From Balamuthia mandrillaris (lineage: Eukaryota): a DNA stretch of 64,000 bases. The DNA lies in the NCBI GenBank assembly GCA_031835245.2, contig JAVKOQ020000034.1, positions 186,001-250,000 on the forward strand. Reading direction: 5' to 3'. Under the pieces are notes generated by a model. That model was given only the letters and a program-made list of their open reading frames with translations. It did no database searches and was not told where the DNA came from. This document shows positions 1 through 12,493 of this stretch, piece after piece. How positions within the stretch are numbered: the first letter of the stretch is position 1; every line of letters starts with the position of its first letter. The position numbers and the translations under genes are program-made.

Positions 1-526
1 GACACACCCCGCGAAGAAGGTGTTCACCGTACGCGAAGAAGAAGGAACCATCACAAAGTATGGTTCCGTCGGGCTTATCGGTAAGCGATCCTGCTTTTTC
101 GTTACTTCCTTCCCTCTCGCTCCCTCATCTTCTCTTCTCTCTCACTCTCTCACTCTCTCACTCTCTCTTCCGCTATTTCTTTCACTGCATATCTGACTGC
201 ATAAAAATAGAGCAACTTCACAAAGAGAAGGCGCACAAGAACAAGGACAAAACGCGAAGCAACATGGCCTACCTCCGAAAGGATTTGCAATTCAAAGACC
301 CTACCATCTCCACCGAAGAGGAAATCCAAAAGGTAACGTTGTTGCTTCGCCGACCTCTCGCTTTGTTCCCTCGTTCTTGGCTTCTGTTCTTCTCTTCATA
401 TGTCACTCTCTCTCTCTCTCTCTCGTTCAGTTTTAAAAAAAAAAAAAAAAAGAGTCATTCATCTCATCCATTCTCCTCAACATACAGATTTTAGAACGGA
501 GGCAGAAGGTCTTACGGAAGAAGTAG
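1..526 (+). CDS. 3' end of an unknown spliced gene (exons <1-80, 211-332, 488-526)
   Basis: GT-AG introns join in frame to ...THPAKKVFTVREEEGTITKYGSVGLIEQLHKEK...EEEIQKILERRQKVLRKK*. No family recognised. Confidence 0.55.
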
Positions 527-655
527 CCCTATCTTCTTATCAACAAATAAACAAACAACGAAAACCTACAATACTAAACTTCAGTTCTTGTTCTTCTTGT
601 TCTCTTTCTCTTCTTCTTCTTTCATTCTGTTTCTCATCGTTGTCAAACCATTTCT

Positions 656-1676
656 TCAGCTGTGGTGGTGAAGACTTTGGAGACGGTAACTCTTTCCATT
701 CCAATGCAGTGTACATTGAGCCGATGGAGGCTCTTCTTCGTTTGCTTTCTCGCCGCCAGAGGAAGAAGCGGAGCCAGTCTCACTCATCATGTGGATGTTA
801 GCACTCAGTTCCATGGCTAAGCTCGTGCTTAGCAGACCCACACCACCTACCTGCAGCACCATCACAAGTCAACCACGAAGAAACAGCAGCAGGACAACAA
901 GAAGAGGAGATTGACAGAGAAGGTTGAGGAGAAGACAAACTGGAGCGGGATGATAGAGCCGTTCATTCGGTCCGACGACAACACCTGCAACGAGAGCAAA
1001 GTAACGGCGATGAGAATGTGAAACAACTAGGAGAGTACGTGGGTCATTTACGTTCAGGTCGGAAAGGAACTCGCAGAGAGGAGGCATAGACGAGCTCGTG
1101 TTCCACCTCTCCCTCCTCGCCACTCCTTTTGGGAGGTGCTTCTCCCCCTCCCCCTGCTCCTGCTTCGTTTGTGGCTCTCCCTCGAGCCAAAGAATGAAAG
1201 ACGACAGGTTTGTCAGCCGCTCTGACGTAGTTCAACTCCTGGCCACAGGGTGACACGAAAGCAAAGAGAGGCAAGTGCCTGCCTTTTCCCACGCTCTCCT
1301 CCGTGTTGTCCCTCAGCCGGCGGTAAAAAAAGTCCAAGAAGCGAGCCTCGCGCAGGAAGGTGGGGTCGTTCTGGCGGGGGAGCTTGCCCGCTGTGGGACG
1401 CTCGCCGATGCAGTAGAGGCGACCTACCAGGTTGACGTAGTAGAAGTACTCTCGTGTGGGAAAAGGGGAGGAGGAGGCAGCAGAGGGCTCGAGCGAGGAT
1501 GGTGTGCGGTTGGAAGGGGGTGGGAAAGACGAACAAAAAGAGCGTCGTCGAGAGAGAAGAGTGGAAGGTGAGCGCGAGGGGAAAGGAGGGGAGCGGGTGA
1601 TGGGTGAACCAAAGCAGCGGCGGCGTGCACACGGTTGGCACGCCAAGGCAGAAGGACGCCAGGCTGCAACCTGCAT
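656..1676 (-). CDS. UPF0598 / DUF4505 (C8orf82-like) protein, probably mitochondrial; spliced
   Basis: Motifs REYFYYVN, FLDFFYRRLRDN, FVSPCGQELNYVRAADKPVVFHSL, RLYHPAP and GGVGLLSTSLAMELS occur in the C8orf82 order across three ORFs. The N-terminus is Arg/Ser-rich. Confidence 0.85.
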
Positions 1677-2511
1677 CCTGTGGTTTGTTCCTCCTCCTCA
1701 CAATGACGACACGAAGCCCCTTCCGGGATTAAAAAAACGGAACTAACCGCTGCATTCCACGAAAGCTGCGACGGGTATTTTGTCAGCAGCTAGACAGAGA
1801 TCCCCCCATCATCATTGCTTGCCGCTTGCTCCCTCGGGCCGCTACCTTGTAGCCCCCGCAAGGTAGACATATAAACATTGAGGAGTCATGTATTTTTGGG
1901 CCCACAGAGGCAAAGGGGAAAAGCGTGACGTGTAATCTTGGTTATGTCTGCTCCTGCGGGCTTACGGCCGCTACCAAGACCGAAAACCCAACACAAAAAC
2001 CCATACCAGGTAGCCCAGCAGACTTTTTCTTGGATTTTTAAAATCAGTAACTTGGACTTGAAACAAAAGTGGGGGCGCGGAGCAAAGGAGGAAAATATTT
2101 CGGCACATTTTTTTTTTTGGTTTCCTGTAATTTCGCTGCGTGTATTTATGTGACCAACGCGCAATGGTTTGGTTTGGCCGGTGGTCCATGTCGGCACTTT
2201 ATCTTCGCCGCTAAAAGTAGCAGGGAAGCGCAGGGACTAATATGCTGCCCTTTTTTCCCTTGCCATTTCTTTTCAGCCATGTGCTCGTGCTTCTTGGGCG
2301 GTGCCCTTTTCCACTTTCGTGTTCGTGCGTTACCCCTCTTTTCCTTCGCCTTTTCTGGGGTTTCGTTGCCGCCGCGACCACGACCTCAACGCTGCTTTAT
2401 TAAACGCGCAATATAAAAACTCTTCTCGTTTGGTTTCTTTCTTTTTTTTTTTCATTCTTCTTCCTCCTCGTCAAACAAACTTTCAAAAAACACACTTACA
2501 CAACAACAACA

Positions 2512-2964
2512 ATGAGCTGGGTCTCTGCTTCCGGTGGTTCCATCCCTTCCAACGCCCTCGTGGCCGGCTACGAGAGCGACGGCAAGCCCATCTACATCGG
2601 CCGCGCCCAACACCAGGGCGGCGTGCACCCCGGCAAGGTGGCCCCCCACCTCAACGGCTGCAACATCGGCTACGGCGGCCAGGAGCACGTCAAGCGCGAC
2701 TACGAGGTCTACTGCGTGAACGCCAAGCAGGCCTCCACCGTGCACTGGCAGAAGAAGAAGGAGGGCAAGGTGCCCCCTCACGCCCTCCCCGCCGGCCGTG
2801 AGGCCGACGGCAAGCCCCTCTGGGTGGCCAGGACCAAGCACCAGGGCGGTCTGCACATCGGCAAGGCCGGTGCCCACCTGAGAGACGGCATGAGCTTGGG
2901 CTTTGGCGGCAGGGAGATTAACAAGACCGTATACGAGGTGTTGGTCCATGTGGACAGACTGTAA
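2512..2964 (+). CDS. DM9-repeat (DUF3421, natterin N-terminal-like) protein with two repeats; intronless
   Basis: Two repeats: WV...G.IPSNALVAGYESDGKPIYIGRA...HPGK and W....G.VPPHALPAGREADGKPLWVAR...HIGK...YEVLV. Strong GC3 bias. TATAAAA at ~2412. Confidence 0.92.
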   Translation: MSWVSASGGSIPSNALVAGYESDGKPIYIGRAQHQGGVHPGKVAPHLNGCNIGYGGQEHVKRDYEVYCVNAKQASTVHWQKKKEGKVPPHALPAGREADGKPLWVARTKHQGGLHIGKAGAHLRDGMSLGFGGREINKTVYEVLVHVDRL

Positions 2965-3063
2965 AATCTCTTTTGTTTATTTAATACCCCTTTCCAACTT
3001 CTCAATAAGTAAACAGTTCATCTAAAACGTATTTTGGTTTCTTTTCAACCTACCTCCCACTTT

Positions 3064-4282
3064 TTATTTTTGTTGCTCGTTGTTAAAAGAAGAAAGAAAG
3101 GGATGAGCAGCCTCTCTCCGCAATATGCGTTCTTTGAGCGCTTTGGCTTCTTCCACAGAGGTTGGGTTACGAAGATGAGTTTGCCTCGGTTTTGTCTCTC
3201 CTGAAAGATCTTTGAGCGCCGTCCGCTTCAAGCGAGAAGCCAGCGCGTTGAACAATGGCCGATACTCTCGGTGATAGTCTTTCCAACACTCTTCCTTATC
3301 CGCCGCTTCGACCTCTTGGCTCTCTTCTTTTTCTCCTTTCTCTTCTCTCTGTGTTCTCTTTCCGGTCTCCCATTGCTCTTCAGTCTTCTCTCTCTCCTCG
3401 TTCACTTCCGTTTCTTCGTTCGTCTGCTTCTCTTTCTCTTCTGCTTCCTTCTCTTGTGTCTCGTTCTTCTTTCTTGGCCTGCGCATAACTTGGTAATAGA
3501 CCTCATTGGCAGCGCTCCACTCCTTGATGCTTCCCGTCTCAGCCAACTCCACCGCCATCATCAGCTCCCTCAAGGCATGCACCAGGTCCTTCTTGGCCAG
3601 AGCAGGGTTGTGCTCCACCGTCCACTTCTTCTTGGCCTTGCACCACGTTCTGGAGGCCTCAGCCGAGACGGAGCAGCGCAGTTGAGCCAGAGAGAGGAAA
3701 GAGGGGTGACGATAACGATCGAGGAAGGAGTTAGCACGGTTCAGCCAGACCCATTGCGGGGGGAGGTGAAGGCAGAGCAGGTGGAAGAGGAGGTGATCGT
3801 GAAGGCCCTCCATGAAGCCCCAGAGGTTGATGACATAGGCATCAACCTCTGTTGTGGTGGTTAGCGAGGAGTGAGTGATCCAACAGAGGCGACAAAAGAA
3901 AGACAAGAGCAGGAACAAGAGAGAGAGAACGAAAGAGAGAAGAGAAGAAAGGAGAGGGAAGAAAGAGACAGAAGCGCCAAGAATGAAATAGGAGAAACAG
4001 TAAGAGAAGCAGAAGGAAGCAACAACCTTCCGTTTGCACAAGTACTTGCCCAGTTGGTTCGCAGTAGCACTCGTTCATGACGACCACTACGTCCCAGTCA
4101 GAGTCTTCCCGAGCAGTCCCTGTGTGTGTGGAGCGAAGGAGAATAAGCAGCAGCCGACGAAGAACCCAGAACGACCAAACAAAGAGCAAAACAATACCCC
4201 AAACGCGTGAGCCAACGATGTAGACGTTCAACACCTCCTCTTCCTTCAAGTGCAATGCGGTGAGCAACCCCAGAAGGTCCAT
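3064..4282 (-). CDS. Pol-beta superfamily nucleotidyltransferase (RlaP/YcgL-like); exons 4282-4198, 4119-4027, 3848-3064
   Basis: The spliced product has VYIVGSRVWG-TAREDSDWD (GS...DxD), a candidate third Asp in VDAYV, and a helical C-domain KKDLVHALRELMMA. Confidence 0.8.
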
Positions 4283-4379
4283 CTTACGTTCATAAATGTT
4301 TTGTGTGCTGGCCTTCTTCCTCTCTCCCTGGCGTGGAAACACCTTGAACTCAGTCATCCGAGACGACCTGAAGTACAAA

Positions 4380-4918
4380 GGTGTTTCTGCCTAGTGGAGA
4401 GAAGCAAGGACAAGGCGGCCCTTTTGCAAGGCATTGCCAAGGAAGGCGACCCGGACGAGCTGCAACAAGCGCTAAGCCAGAACGGCTATGCTTGGGATGC
4501 ACGGATCCGATGATACGCGCCGCAGCGGCTGAAATCGGGCCTTTGGAGAATCATGATCCAACAACTGTCCTTGGGATGAGCGGACATGCGCGATGGCGGC
4601 CGAGGGCGGCCACTTGGAAGTGCTCCAGTGGTGCGGGTCCTACAGCCGTCCTTGGGACGAGCGAACGTGCTCCTCGGCTGCAAGGAGCGGCACCAACGGG
4701 CCAGGTCCTACAGCTGTCCTTGGGACAAAGACACCTGCAGCTGCGCTGACAAGCATGGGCCAAGTCATACGGATGTCCTTCTGAGTAAAACTTGCACGAG
4801 GTTAAAGACTGAGCTGCCAAGTGTGGCATACAGTGGTGGCTTGTCTTGAGGCACGCCACATGAAACAAACATATTATTTAAACTTGTTCATGGTGTACAT
4901 TCATCGCAAATAAACTTT
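4380..4918 (+). pseudogene. Degenerate CPW-type ankyrin-repeat gene (copy 1) with conserved 3' flank
   Basis: Frameshifted fragments IAKEGDPDELQQALSQNGYAWD*, NCPWDERTCAMAAEGGHLEVLQW and RPWDERTCSSAARSG. The N-terminal part and 3' flank resemble the 52907-53827 gene. Confidence 0.8.
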
Positions 4919-4943
4919 GTTTTACAAAAATGAGAAATAAACA

Positions 4944-4997
<54 letters not shown>

Positions 4998-5019
4998 CAA
5001 AAGAACAAAAAACAAAAGG

Positions 5020-6807
5020 TCACGGTTTTTCGCGAGACGAGCCGATGCTGGTGCGACGTTCCCTATGCGCGCCGCCTTGTTCCATCTCCGCATGCGAACT
5101 GCTTCGCAACAACCGTGACTGTCGACGAGCTTGCCACTCTGCCGAGTTTCGGTGCTTTGATGATGATGTTGTTACTGTCTTTATGCTGGATGCTGATGCT
5201 GTTGCTGAAGCTTTTGTCTTCTTTGAGCCGCCCGAACTTGTTCCTTTGAACGTCTTTCTGTTACTTCCGGGCTTCTTCTCTTTCTCTTTCTCCTTCTCTT
5301 TTTCTTTTTCTTTCTCTTTTGCAACGATGACAGTTGGAATGATGGCTTGAAGCGGGCTATCTTCTTCAACAGAAGAACCGGCTGTTGCAGACAAAGAAGA
5401 TGATTCGTCGTCTGAAGTAGAAGAACGCGAAGCATCTAACTCACCAGGAAGAAATAAGTTTCTTGGGCTTGGTTCTGCTTCGCTTGAGTCTTGGCTCGAC
5501 TCATCATCGTCATCATCTTCATCACTGCTGAAAATAGCAGCCAAATCTTCCATCATCTTTTGCCTTTCAAACGATTGTTGTCGTTTGTTACGAGAGAAGG
5601 ACCTCTCTCCAAGTCCTAACCCTGCGGAACCTACCGTTGTTGTTCTCTTTGTGATCTCCACAATCTTCTTGATGCCTGCTCCTGGCGCCAAGAAACCCAA
5701 TGAAGGTCGAAGTTTGTTGTTTGTGTTGCTGTTGTTGTCCTGAGTGGTTGGCGAACAAGGAGGTGAAGAAGAAGTGGGAGAAGCGTAGGAGCCTCCTTCT
5801 CCGTTCTCATCATCAGCGTCCCCTTGGACAATATCTCCGTTTTTAGTACGTTTGTAGAAAGAGTTGGAGCGAATGTTGCGAGTGAGATAACTAATGTTTT
5901 CTTTGGAGAGGATGGAGGCATTGTTCCATGAGTTGCGCTGGCGACGCTCTTGTGAGCTATCCATGCTTTCGGAGCGCGAGGGAATGGCTGAAGAGAAGCT
6001 GTCCGTTGTTTCTTTAGGAAGTCAAACGAGAGACAGAAAAACAAAAGTTAAAGAACGAACAGAGGAAAAGAAGGAAGCAGAAAGTAAGAAAGCATATAGA
6101 AGTATGAAGAACGCGAGATAAAAGTAAAAGGAAGAGAAAAGAAAAGAAAAGAAAGTTACTCTTTTTGACAAAGTCGAAACTGCTACGAATAGGGAAAGCT
6201 CCAGCAATGCTGATATTATTCCCGCTCTTCTTCTTTTTGGTCGGCAGTTGGCTCATCGACTGATGCGCATTCGAAGATGCTGAGCTTTTCGCCGTCGGCG
6301 AACCTTTTTGTTGCTGCTGCTTTCCATCGTTGACCAAAGAAGGCGAAGAGTTGGAGGCTGTTATTCCTCGGTGTGGAGCCAACAACAGCCCAATCGCCAA
6401 ACGAGCTCTTCTGCTGATGAGATAGCTTTCGGTCATCAACGGCGCTCTCAGCCAAATGTACTCACACGTGTCCATCGACTCGTTCTTTTTGCTGCTTCGC
6501 GAAGGTCGAATGTATTTCTCGTCTATGAGGATTTGAAGGAGGGCTATTGCTTCGTCTCTGTCTTTGAGCCATCGTTTCGTGAGCCGCCTCTCCATCAACC
6601 AGTCTGATGCTTCTTTGCCTTTGTATTGTTGTTGTAGTTGTCGTCGTCGTCGGTTTGTGTTACTCTTATGCGAAGAAATAAACAATACAGGAACAGGAAA
6701 GAAGGAGACAGAGAGAAGAAAGAAGAAACGAAGCAAAAAGGAAGCAAAGATGAAGAAGCAAAAAAAGAAGGACCACAAATAGGAAGAAAAAAACGAATAC
6801 CAAATTC

Positions 6808-6843
<36 letters not shown>

Positions 6844-7178
6844 AAGAGGAACAAGAAAACGCAGTGCTCACCTTTAAAACGATCATAGTATGGATCGCCC
6901 AATAGCAGAGTGCCAATACCATGCTTTTCGCTCAACATAGCAGCAGCAACAAATTGCAAGGCTTCCCGTCTGCCAAACGAGCTCTCTTCTTGGTCGTCCA
7001 CCTCCGCTTCGGCAGCGCTGGTGGAGTTTCGCATGCTATCATAGCCGGTGGGCTCGTGTTTGGTCTTGTTGTTGTCGGCGGAAGCGGAGGAAGGCGCCAG
7101 CAGATCCGCCGTTTGGGAGGGCGAAAAGTTTCGAAAGTCCACCGAGTTGCTTTTGGCATGTCGAACAACCTTGGCCAT
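5020..7178 (-). CDS. DEP-domain protein with long low-complexity C-terminus; exons 7178-6872, 6618-6160, 6011-5020
   Basis: The in-frame splice yields FKGKEASDWLME...DRDEAIALLQILIDEKYIRP, which fits the DEP consensus F.G.e.vdWL....r.eA..l...L...g.I. Confidence 0.75.
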
Positions 7179-7510
7179 GGTATATATACAATAGAAACTT
7201 CCCTCCTTTGTTTTTTGCCAGCAGCAAAAAGGAAACGAAAGGAGGGCAAGTGTAGCCGTGCGTCTGGTCTTCTTTTATTTGCGGTATCGCGGTTTTTCTT
7301 CGTTTGTTCAACACTGCACCTATAATAATAAAAAAAAATAAATTAACAAATGAGGCGAAAGGGCGGGCAACGCTTCATTAATGATTTGGTTAATCATGCC
7401 TTTCGATCGATCGGCTCCCCAAAAAATTGAAATTCGATTGGCCGAGATAAAGCTTTGTCGGTATTCAATTTAATTTTTACGTCGACACGAATTAGAGGCA
7501 CCACACAGGA

Positions 7511-10383
7511 ATGCTAAGAATCGTAACCATATTATTATTGTCGACACTTGAAGCGGTCAGCCAAAAAAAACGTAGCAGCACGCGAAAGAACGTAGCGAAG
7601 AAAGAAGAGAGGATGTGGCTGCGCACGGTGAAGCCGCCAAGGAGAACAACGGCGATGATGGTTCAACCTCTGTTGGAACACACCAGCGACCGTCAGGAGC
7701 AGCATCCATCGCTGCCGCTACTGCCACCAGCAGCGGCATCCACCCAACGGAAAGAGAACGGCAGCAGGGAAGATGAGAAGCAAAGGATAATGAAGGAAGG
7801 CATCCATGCCGCCGAAAGAGTAGAACAACACGGAGGAGGTGATGAAGGTCCCACAAGACAAGGTGGACAGGACGTAAAAGTAGCATACCTGTCTCATCGC
7901 CAGCACTCGGCTCTTTCCTCTTCTCTGTCTGTAGCTACATCGCCAACAGTGAAAGAGGCAGTGGGCAGAAAATCAGAGGCTGCAACAAAGGCCATCGAAC
8001 TGCATGAAAAACGCATCTGGGAGACGGTGGGGAGGATCAAACGCATGTCGGCGTTCATGACGGTAAACCTGAGGTGCTACGAGCAATTCATCCAGAGGGC
8101 TAACACTATCAAAACGGAGAATGACAGATTGAAGGTTAGTCCAAAGTAGTCATTAGAACTTCATGCTCTTTTTCTCTTCTTCTTCTCGAGTCTCTACTCT
8201 ATCTTACCCGGAGTCATGCAATAGGCACTTTTTCAAGACATCGCAGCCGGTTGCATGAAAGAAATCAGAAGCATGCACGTAGAACTTCAGAGGATGAGGG
8301 CTCAAGTTGCACAAATTCCAGTTTCCTCAAGATACATGCTCACTGAGGCGATGCAACATATCCTGCTTGCGCATGTAATTGCTCAGCCATCTGCACGTTG
8401 GTTGGGTTCTGGCTCCATTCACTGCTAACTTTATATTTGTTGTTAACTGCAGAACGAACAGATAATGCGAGAAGGAAAAGAGCACGAGAAAAACATGAAC
8501 GAGGTAACACACTAAAAAACCCAAATGAGAAAACTTGGGGGGAGAGAGAGAAGAGAGAAGAGAGCAGAGAGAAGACAATCAAATCTTACACAGTAATAAT
8601 ATGATCATAGGCATGGAATCGATCTGTAAGTCTTACGCAACTTACACACCATTACAAAGCCCAAGAAAAGAAGTTCAAAGAAGCACTCTCACGTTTAGCT
8701 GGTTTGCTGCGATCGTTTCTGCATCATTCTTTTGAACACTAACAACACGTCTATTTCTGTAGAGCAAAACAAAAAGTTAGCAGACGAACTGGAACACAAC
8801 AAAAACGTTATCCATCAACAAAAACAGCAACAAGAAGAAAGGGATAAAGAGAGTAACAATAACCAAGCACAAGCACAGGAATACAAAGACGAAATAGCAC
8901 GATTGACCGGTTTGTTTTGAGCAGCACCAATCGTTGAAACTAAAAATCTAATTGCTATAGTCATCGTCCTATTTGTTCAGATGAAAACAAGAGATTAATT
9001 GGCGAATTGGAATATAGCAACTTCATCATCGCCCGACAAAAACAACAAGCAGCAGACGCAATAGCAGCAGAACAAGAACGAGAACGAGAACGAGAACGAG
9101 AACGAGAACGAGAACGAGAACGAGAGGACAGGCAAAAACAAGAGAAAGAAGCTAAAGCAATAGCAGAAGAACGAGAACGAGAACGAGAACGAGAAGCAGA
9201 AGCAGAAGCAGAAGCAGAAGCAGAAACAGAAGCAGAAGCAGAAGCAGAAGCAGAAGCAGAAGCAGGTGATGAAGATGGAACTGAGGAAGATGAAGAAGAA
9301 GGAGAAGGAGAAGAATGTCCATGTTGGGACGAAGATGCAGATCCTCTTCCTCACGACGATATTCCACCACTCTCATCGCCATCATTCCAAACGAGTGTCG
9401 AAGAAGAGGAAAATACATCAGTTCTCAAATTGAGCTCTTGTAGCATTTGTATTCATTGTGGCCGCTTCAAGAGTAGCGAGAAATTGGAAGGGACACAAGC
9501 GCATGACGATGAGGATACTGGTAAAGACAAAGAACGACTTGCGAACTTGGCGCTACGAATGAGATCGGAGGTGGAAGCATTGCAAGGAGATGTGGATGAA
9601 TGCCGTATGCTGCAGCAGCAAACCAAAAGCAACGTAGTTGCTTGTTTACAGCAGGTGAGGCCATTGGTAACGCTGCTACAACAAAGGAATAGGATCCAGC
9701 ACCAGAAAATGAAGGTAAGAAAAAAGATTAGGAAGAATGAAGAGGAGAGGACAGAAAAGACGAAAAAAAAAGGTGCAAGGAACATCACTAACCTACCGTA
9801 CCAGCAACAAGAAGTGGAGATTCTTGACTTACAAACAACAGTAAGGCAGCTCACCGAAAATGCATCCTCCGCTCCGTACAGCGAGCAACAAGCAACAGTT
9901 TCGTTGATACAACAACTCGAAGTAAACCCATCTTCTCTTCCTTCTCTCGCTCCTCTCTGCTCTGCTCTGCTCTTCCTCTCTCTCCTCTTCCAGCAAATCT
10001 TAAATTCTTCTGCCAAATACAGAACGAAAACAAAACATTATGTGAGCTTTGTGAAAGATGGAAAGGAGAAGTGGAGAAGAGCAGAACGCACCTTCAAGTC
10101 GCCCTATCTAAACTCGCCGAAACACTCAAGAAGGAGGAAGAAGGAAAAGAAAGAGTGGAATCGATTAACTATTGGCAAGGTAAGCAAGAACTTTTGCTTG
10201 CTGAGTGTTCTTTTTAAACACTGACACGCGTTGGGGGATGGAAAAAAGCATACCGAAACAATCTGGACCGCGTCCTGTCGGATGAGGCTCACATTTTCAA
10301 AGTAATCAACACCCAACAAGAGGCAAAGACAAGGAGGACGACGAACCGAAAGAAGCAGCCGCCGCAGCAACGAAGAGGATTAA
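7511..10383 (+). CDS. Multi-exon coiled-coil hypothetical protein; ends approximate
   Basis: Series of Glu/Gln/Lys-rich heptad ORF segments separated by GT-AG introns, with (ER)n and (AE)n tracts. No family recognised. Confidence 0.5.
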
Positions 10384-10890
10384 AAAGAAAGATGTTACTG
10401 TAGGGAACAGCTCACGGCAAATCCCCCTCAACAAACAAGAACAGCAAACGAGCAAAAGGTTCACCATAGTTAGCATAGTTGTTGATCTTCGTTTTGTTGT
10501 CTTTGTTTTGGTTTTTTTTGGTGAAATTTTTTTGGGGTTCTGATTTTTTTCGGACTGGACATTTTTTTGCCTTGTTCCAAGGCGCGTTGCTCCTCCAAAT
10601 GGCGCTTACAGAGCTATCAGACACCTTGATGTGGGTGCCTCTCGGCGTTGATGTTACCCTCCGACAGCCTGAATTTCTGAACCTAGATTCCAACTGCAAC
10701 ATTGACACACGGCGGTACCCTAACCGAGTACCAATATACCTCATTTCCCGTATAAAATGTATCCTTTATGAGAATTGATGGTATAACGTGTGTTGTCCAG
10801 TGCTCAAAACGAACTCGTTTTTAACCCGGTTTTTTTTTTGTTTTTTTTTTTTGTTTTTTTGATGGTAGATGATACACACAAAAAGTTGGG

Positions 10891-11736
10891 TTATGAGGAT
10901 TGTTTGGGAGGAGGAGCACATTCCTGGCGATGACCTCCCTGCCAGTGCGACAGCTGACAATCCCTACCACAGTAGCGCACGGCCTTGCAGCGAGAGCACA
11001 GCTTTGTTGCATTACTGCGGCCACACATCGCGCATTGCTTGCTGCAGGGGAAAAAAAATTTTTTTAGAAGCCTAAAGGGAGGGAAGAAGGAGAAGAAAAG
11101 GAGGTTCACGCACTCTTCCGAGCTGCTGGCATCATCGCCAGCGTCCGAAGGAGTCTCGGCAAAGTACTGACGCACCGCCACGACAGGCCCTTGCGGACCC
11201 ACCGACACCGACCCTTCCTTCCGCAGCTGGGGTGGTGGCTCCAGCTCCCCAAACAAAGGGGACCGGCTCATGCACTCACGGGAGCACAGCAGATGGGGCT
11301 TTACGTGCATCTTGCAGCCACAACGGTGGAGAGGGGTCTTGGTGGCGAGGCCGCGACCTTCCTCGCTGCAGCAGCGACGGCGGGTGTGGTGTTGACAGAT
11401 TTCTAGGCACAGAATACCAGCGCAAGCCTTGCCGTTGGGGCTCTGACAAGCAGGACAGCGGACACCCTCCCAAGTATTAGCGCTACTGTTGTTATTATTC
11501 TGGTCACCCCCAGTGCAGCAATGATCGCAGGGAACGGCGCGGCAGACCTGCGACTCGCCGTGCTGCTTGGCGAGCATCTCTTTGAACTGGCCCTGGAAGA
11601 ATTGGATGGTCAGCCCGCCCACCTTCGAGGAACAAGTGGGACAGTTGGCAAAGTCCTTGCAGACAGCGCCAGGCTCCGCCTGGCAGGCTTTGGCTCGCGC
11701 TTGTTCGGTTGTTGTTGGCACGCTATCGCTGCTCAT
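10891..11736 (-). CDS. MYND zinc-finger protein with Cys-rich N-terminal region
   Basis: The C-terminal CAMCGRSNATKLCSRCKAVRYCGRDCQLSHWQGGHRQEC is a zf-MYND. Probable intron at ~11047-11110. Confidence 0.85.
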   Translation of the reverse strand: MSSDSVPTTTEQARAKACQAEPGAVCKDFANCPTCSSKVGGLTIQFFQGQFKEMLAKQHGESQVCRAVPCDHCCTGGDQNNNNSSANTWEGVRCPACQSPNGKACAGILCLEICQHHTRRRCCSEEGRGLATKTPLHRCGCKMHVKPHLLCSRECMSRSPLFGELEPPPQLRKEGSVSVGPQGPVVAVRQYFAETPSDAGDDASSSEECVNLLFFSFFPPFRLLKKFFFPCSKQCAMCGRSNATKLCSRCKAVRYCGRDCQLSHWQGGHRQECAPPPKQSS

Positions 11737-12493
11737 CTCTCTCTCTTCTGCTTTCTTGTCACGTTGTATAACTTTTCGCGTCGACGTGAAACTATTTCCG
11801 TGACGACACGAAAGGATTTTAACCCTTTTCCATTTTTTATTTGGCCCAAAAAGGTTTTTTTTTTTTATTTGTGGTGTCTTTTCGACGAAGAAGGAAGGCC
11901 ACAAGGGGGGGAAACAAGACTTGGTCCAAGAGGCGGTATACAGAGCGAGAGAGATTACCGACATGCAAGAGAGAGAGAGAGAGAAGGCCCCACATGACGC
12001 GAAAGGGAGCTAGCATTCGTGTGGCCATATCCAAACTTCTTCCGCTCTTCCTTCTCCGCCTATGTACGGTCCTTCTTGTCGCTTCATTCCCTCCCTTCTT
12101 TCGGGCATGGACGTTGTTCGAATTCCTATTGGAAAAGTGACGTCATTTATCTAGACACATCTGATTTACGATTGGTGCAATCATCAGTTCCGTTACACCG
12201 ACCCCTCGTTCACTGTAATTTAAGAAATAATGGCAATAAAAATTATTTGACGAGAAAGAAAAGCGAAAAATAAAATAGCGAGAGAGAGAAGCCGCAATAA
12301 CCACAACCGTTACCCTCCCTCCAAGTCTTTGGTCCTTTGGTCGAAAACCAAGGTATAATGTTCTCTTTCCGCTTGCGTCTTCCCAAAAAAACTGATCCCC
12401 CTTTTTTTTTTTCAAAAAAAAAAAAATACAAACAAAAAATCAGAGTTTAGAAAGAAAAAATAAACAGAGAATAAAAATAAAGTGTACAACAAG

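Noticed and set aside
1746..1870. Hairpin CTACCTTG..CAAGGTAG, an ACAGAGA box, and box C/D-like motifs on the minus strand
   Set aside because: It does not match U6 beyond the heptamer, and the C-to-D spacing is too short with no second D box. A single 8-bp stem is insufficient to call an ncRNA.
10560..10830. Non-repetitive intergenic segment with a U12-like GTATCCTTT donor at ~10759
   Set aside because: There is no properly placed branch point and acceptor pair, and no host gene.
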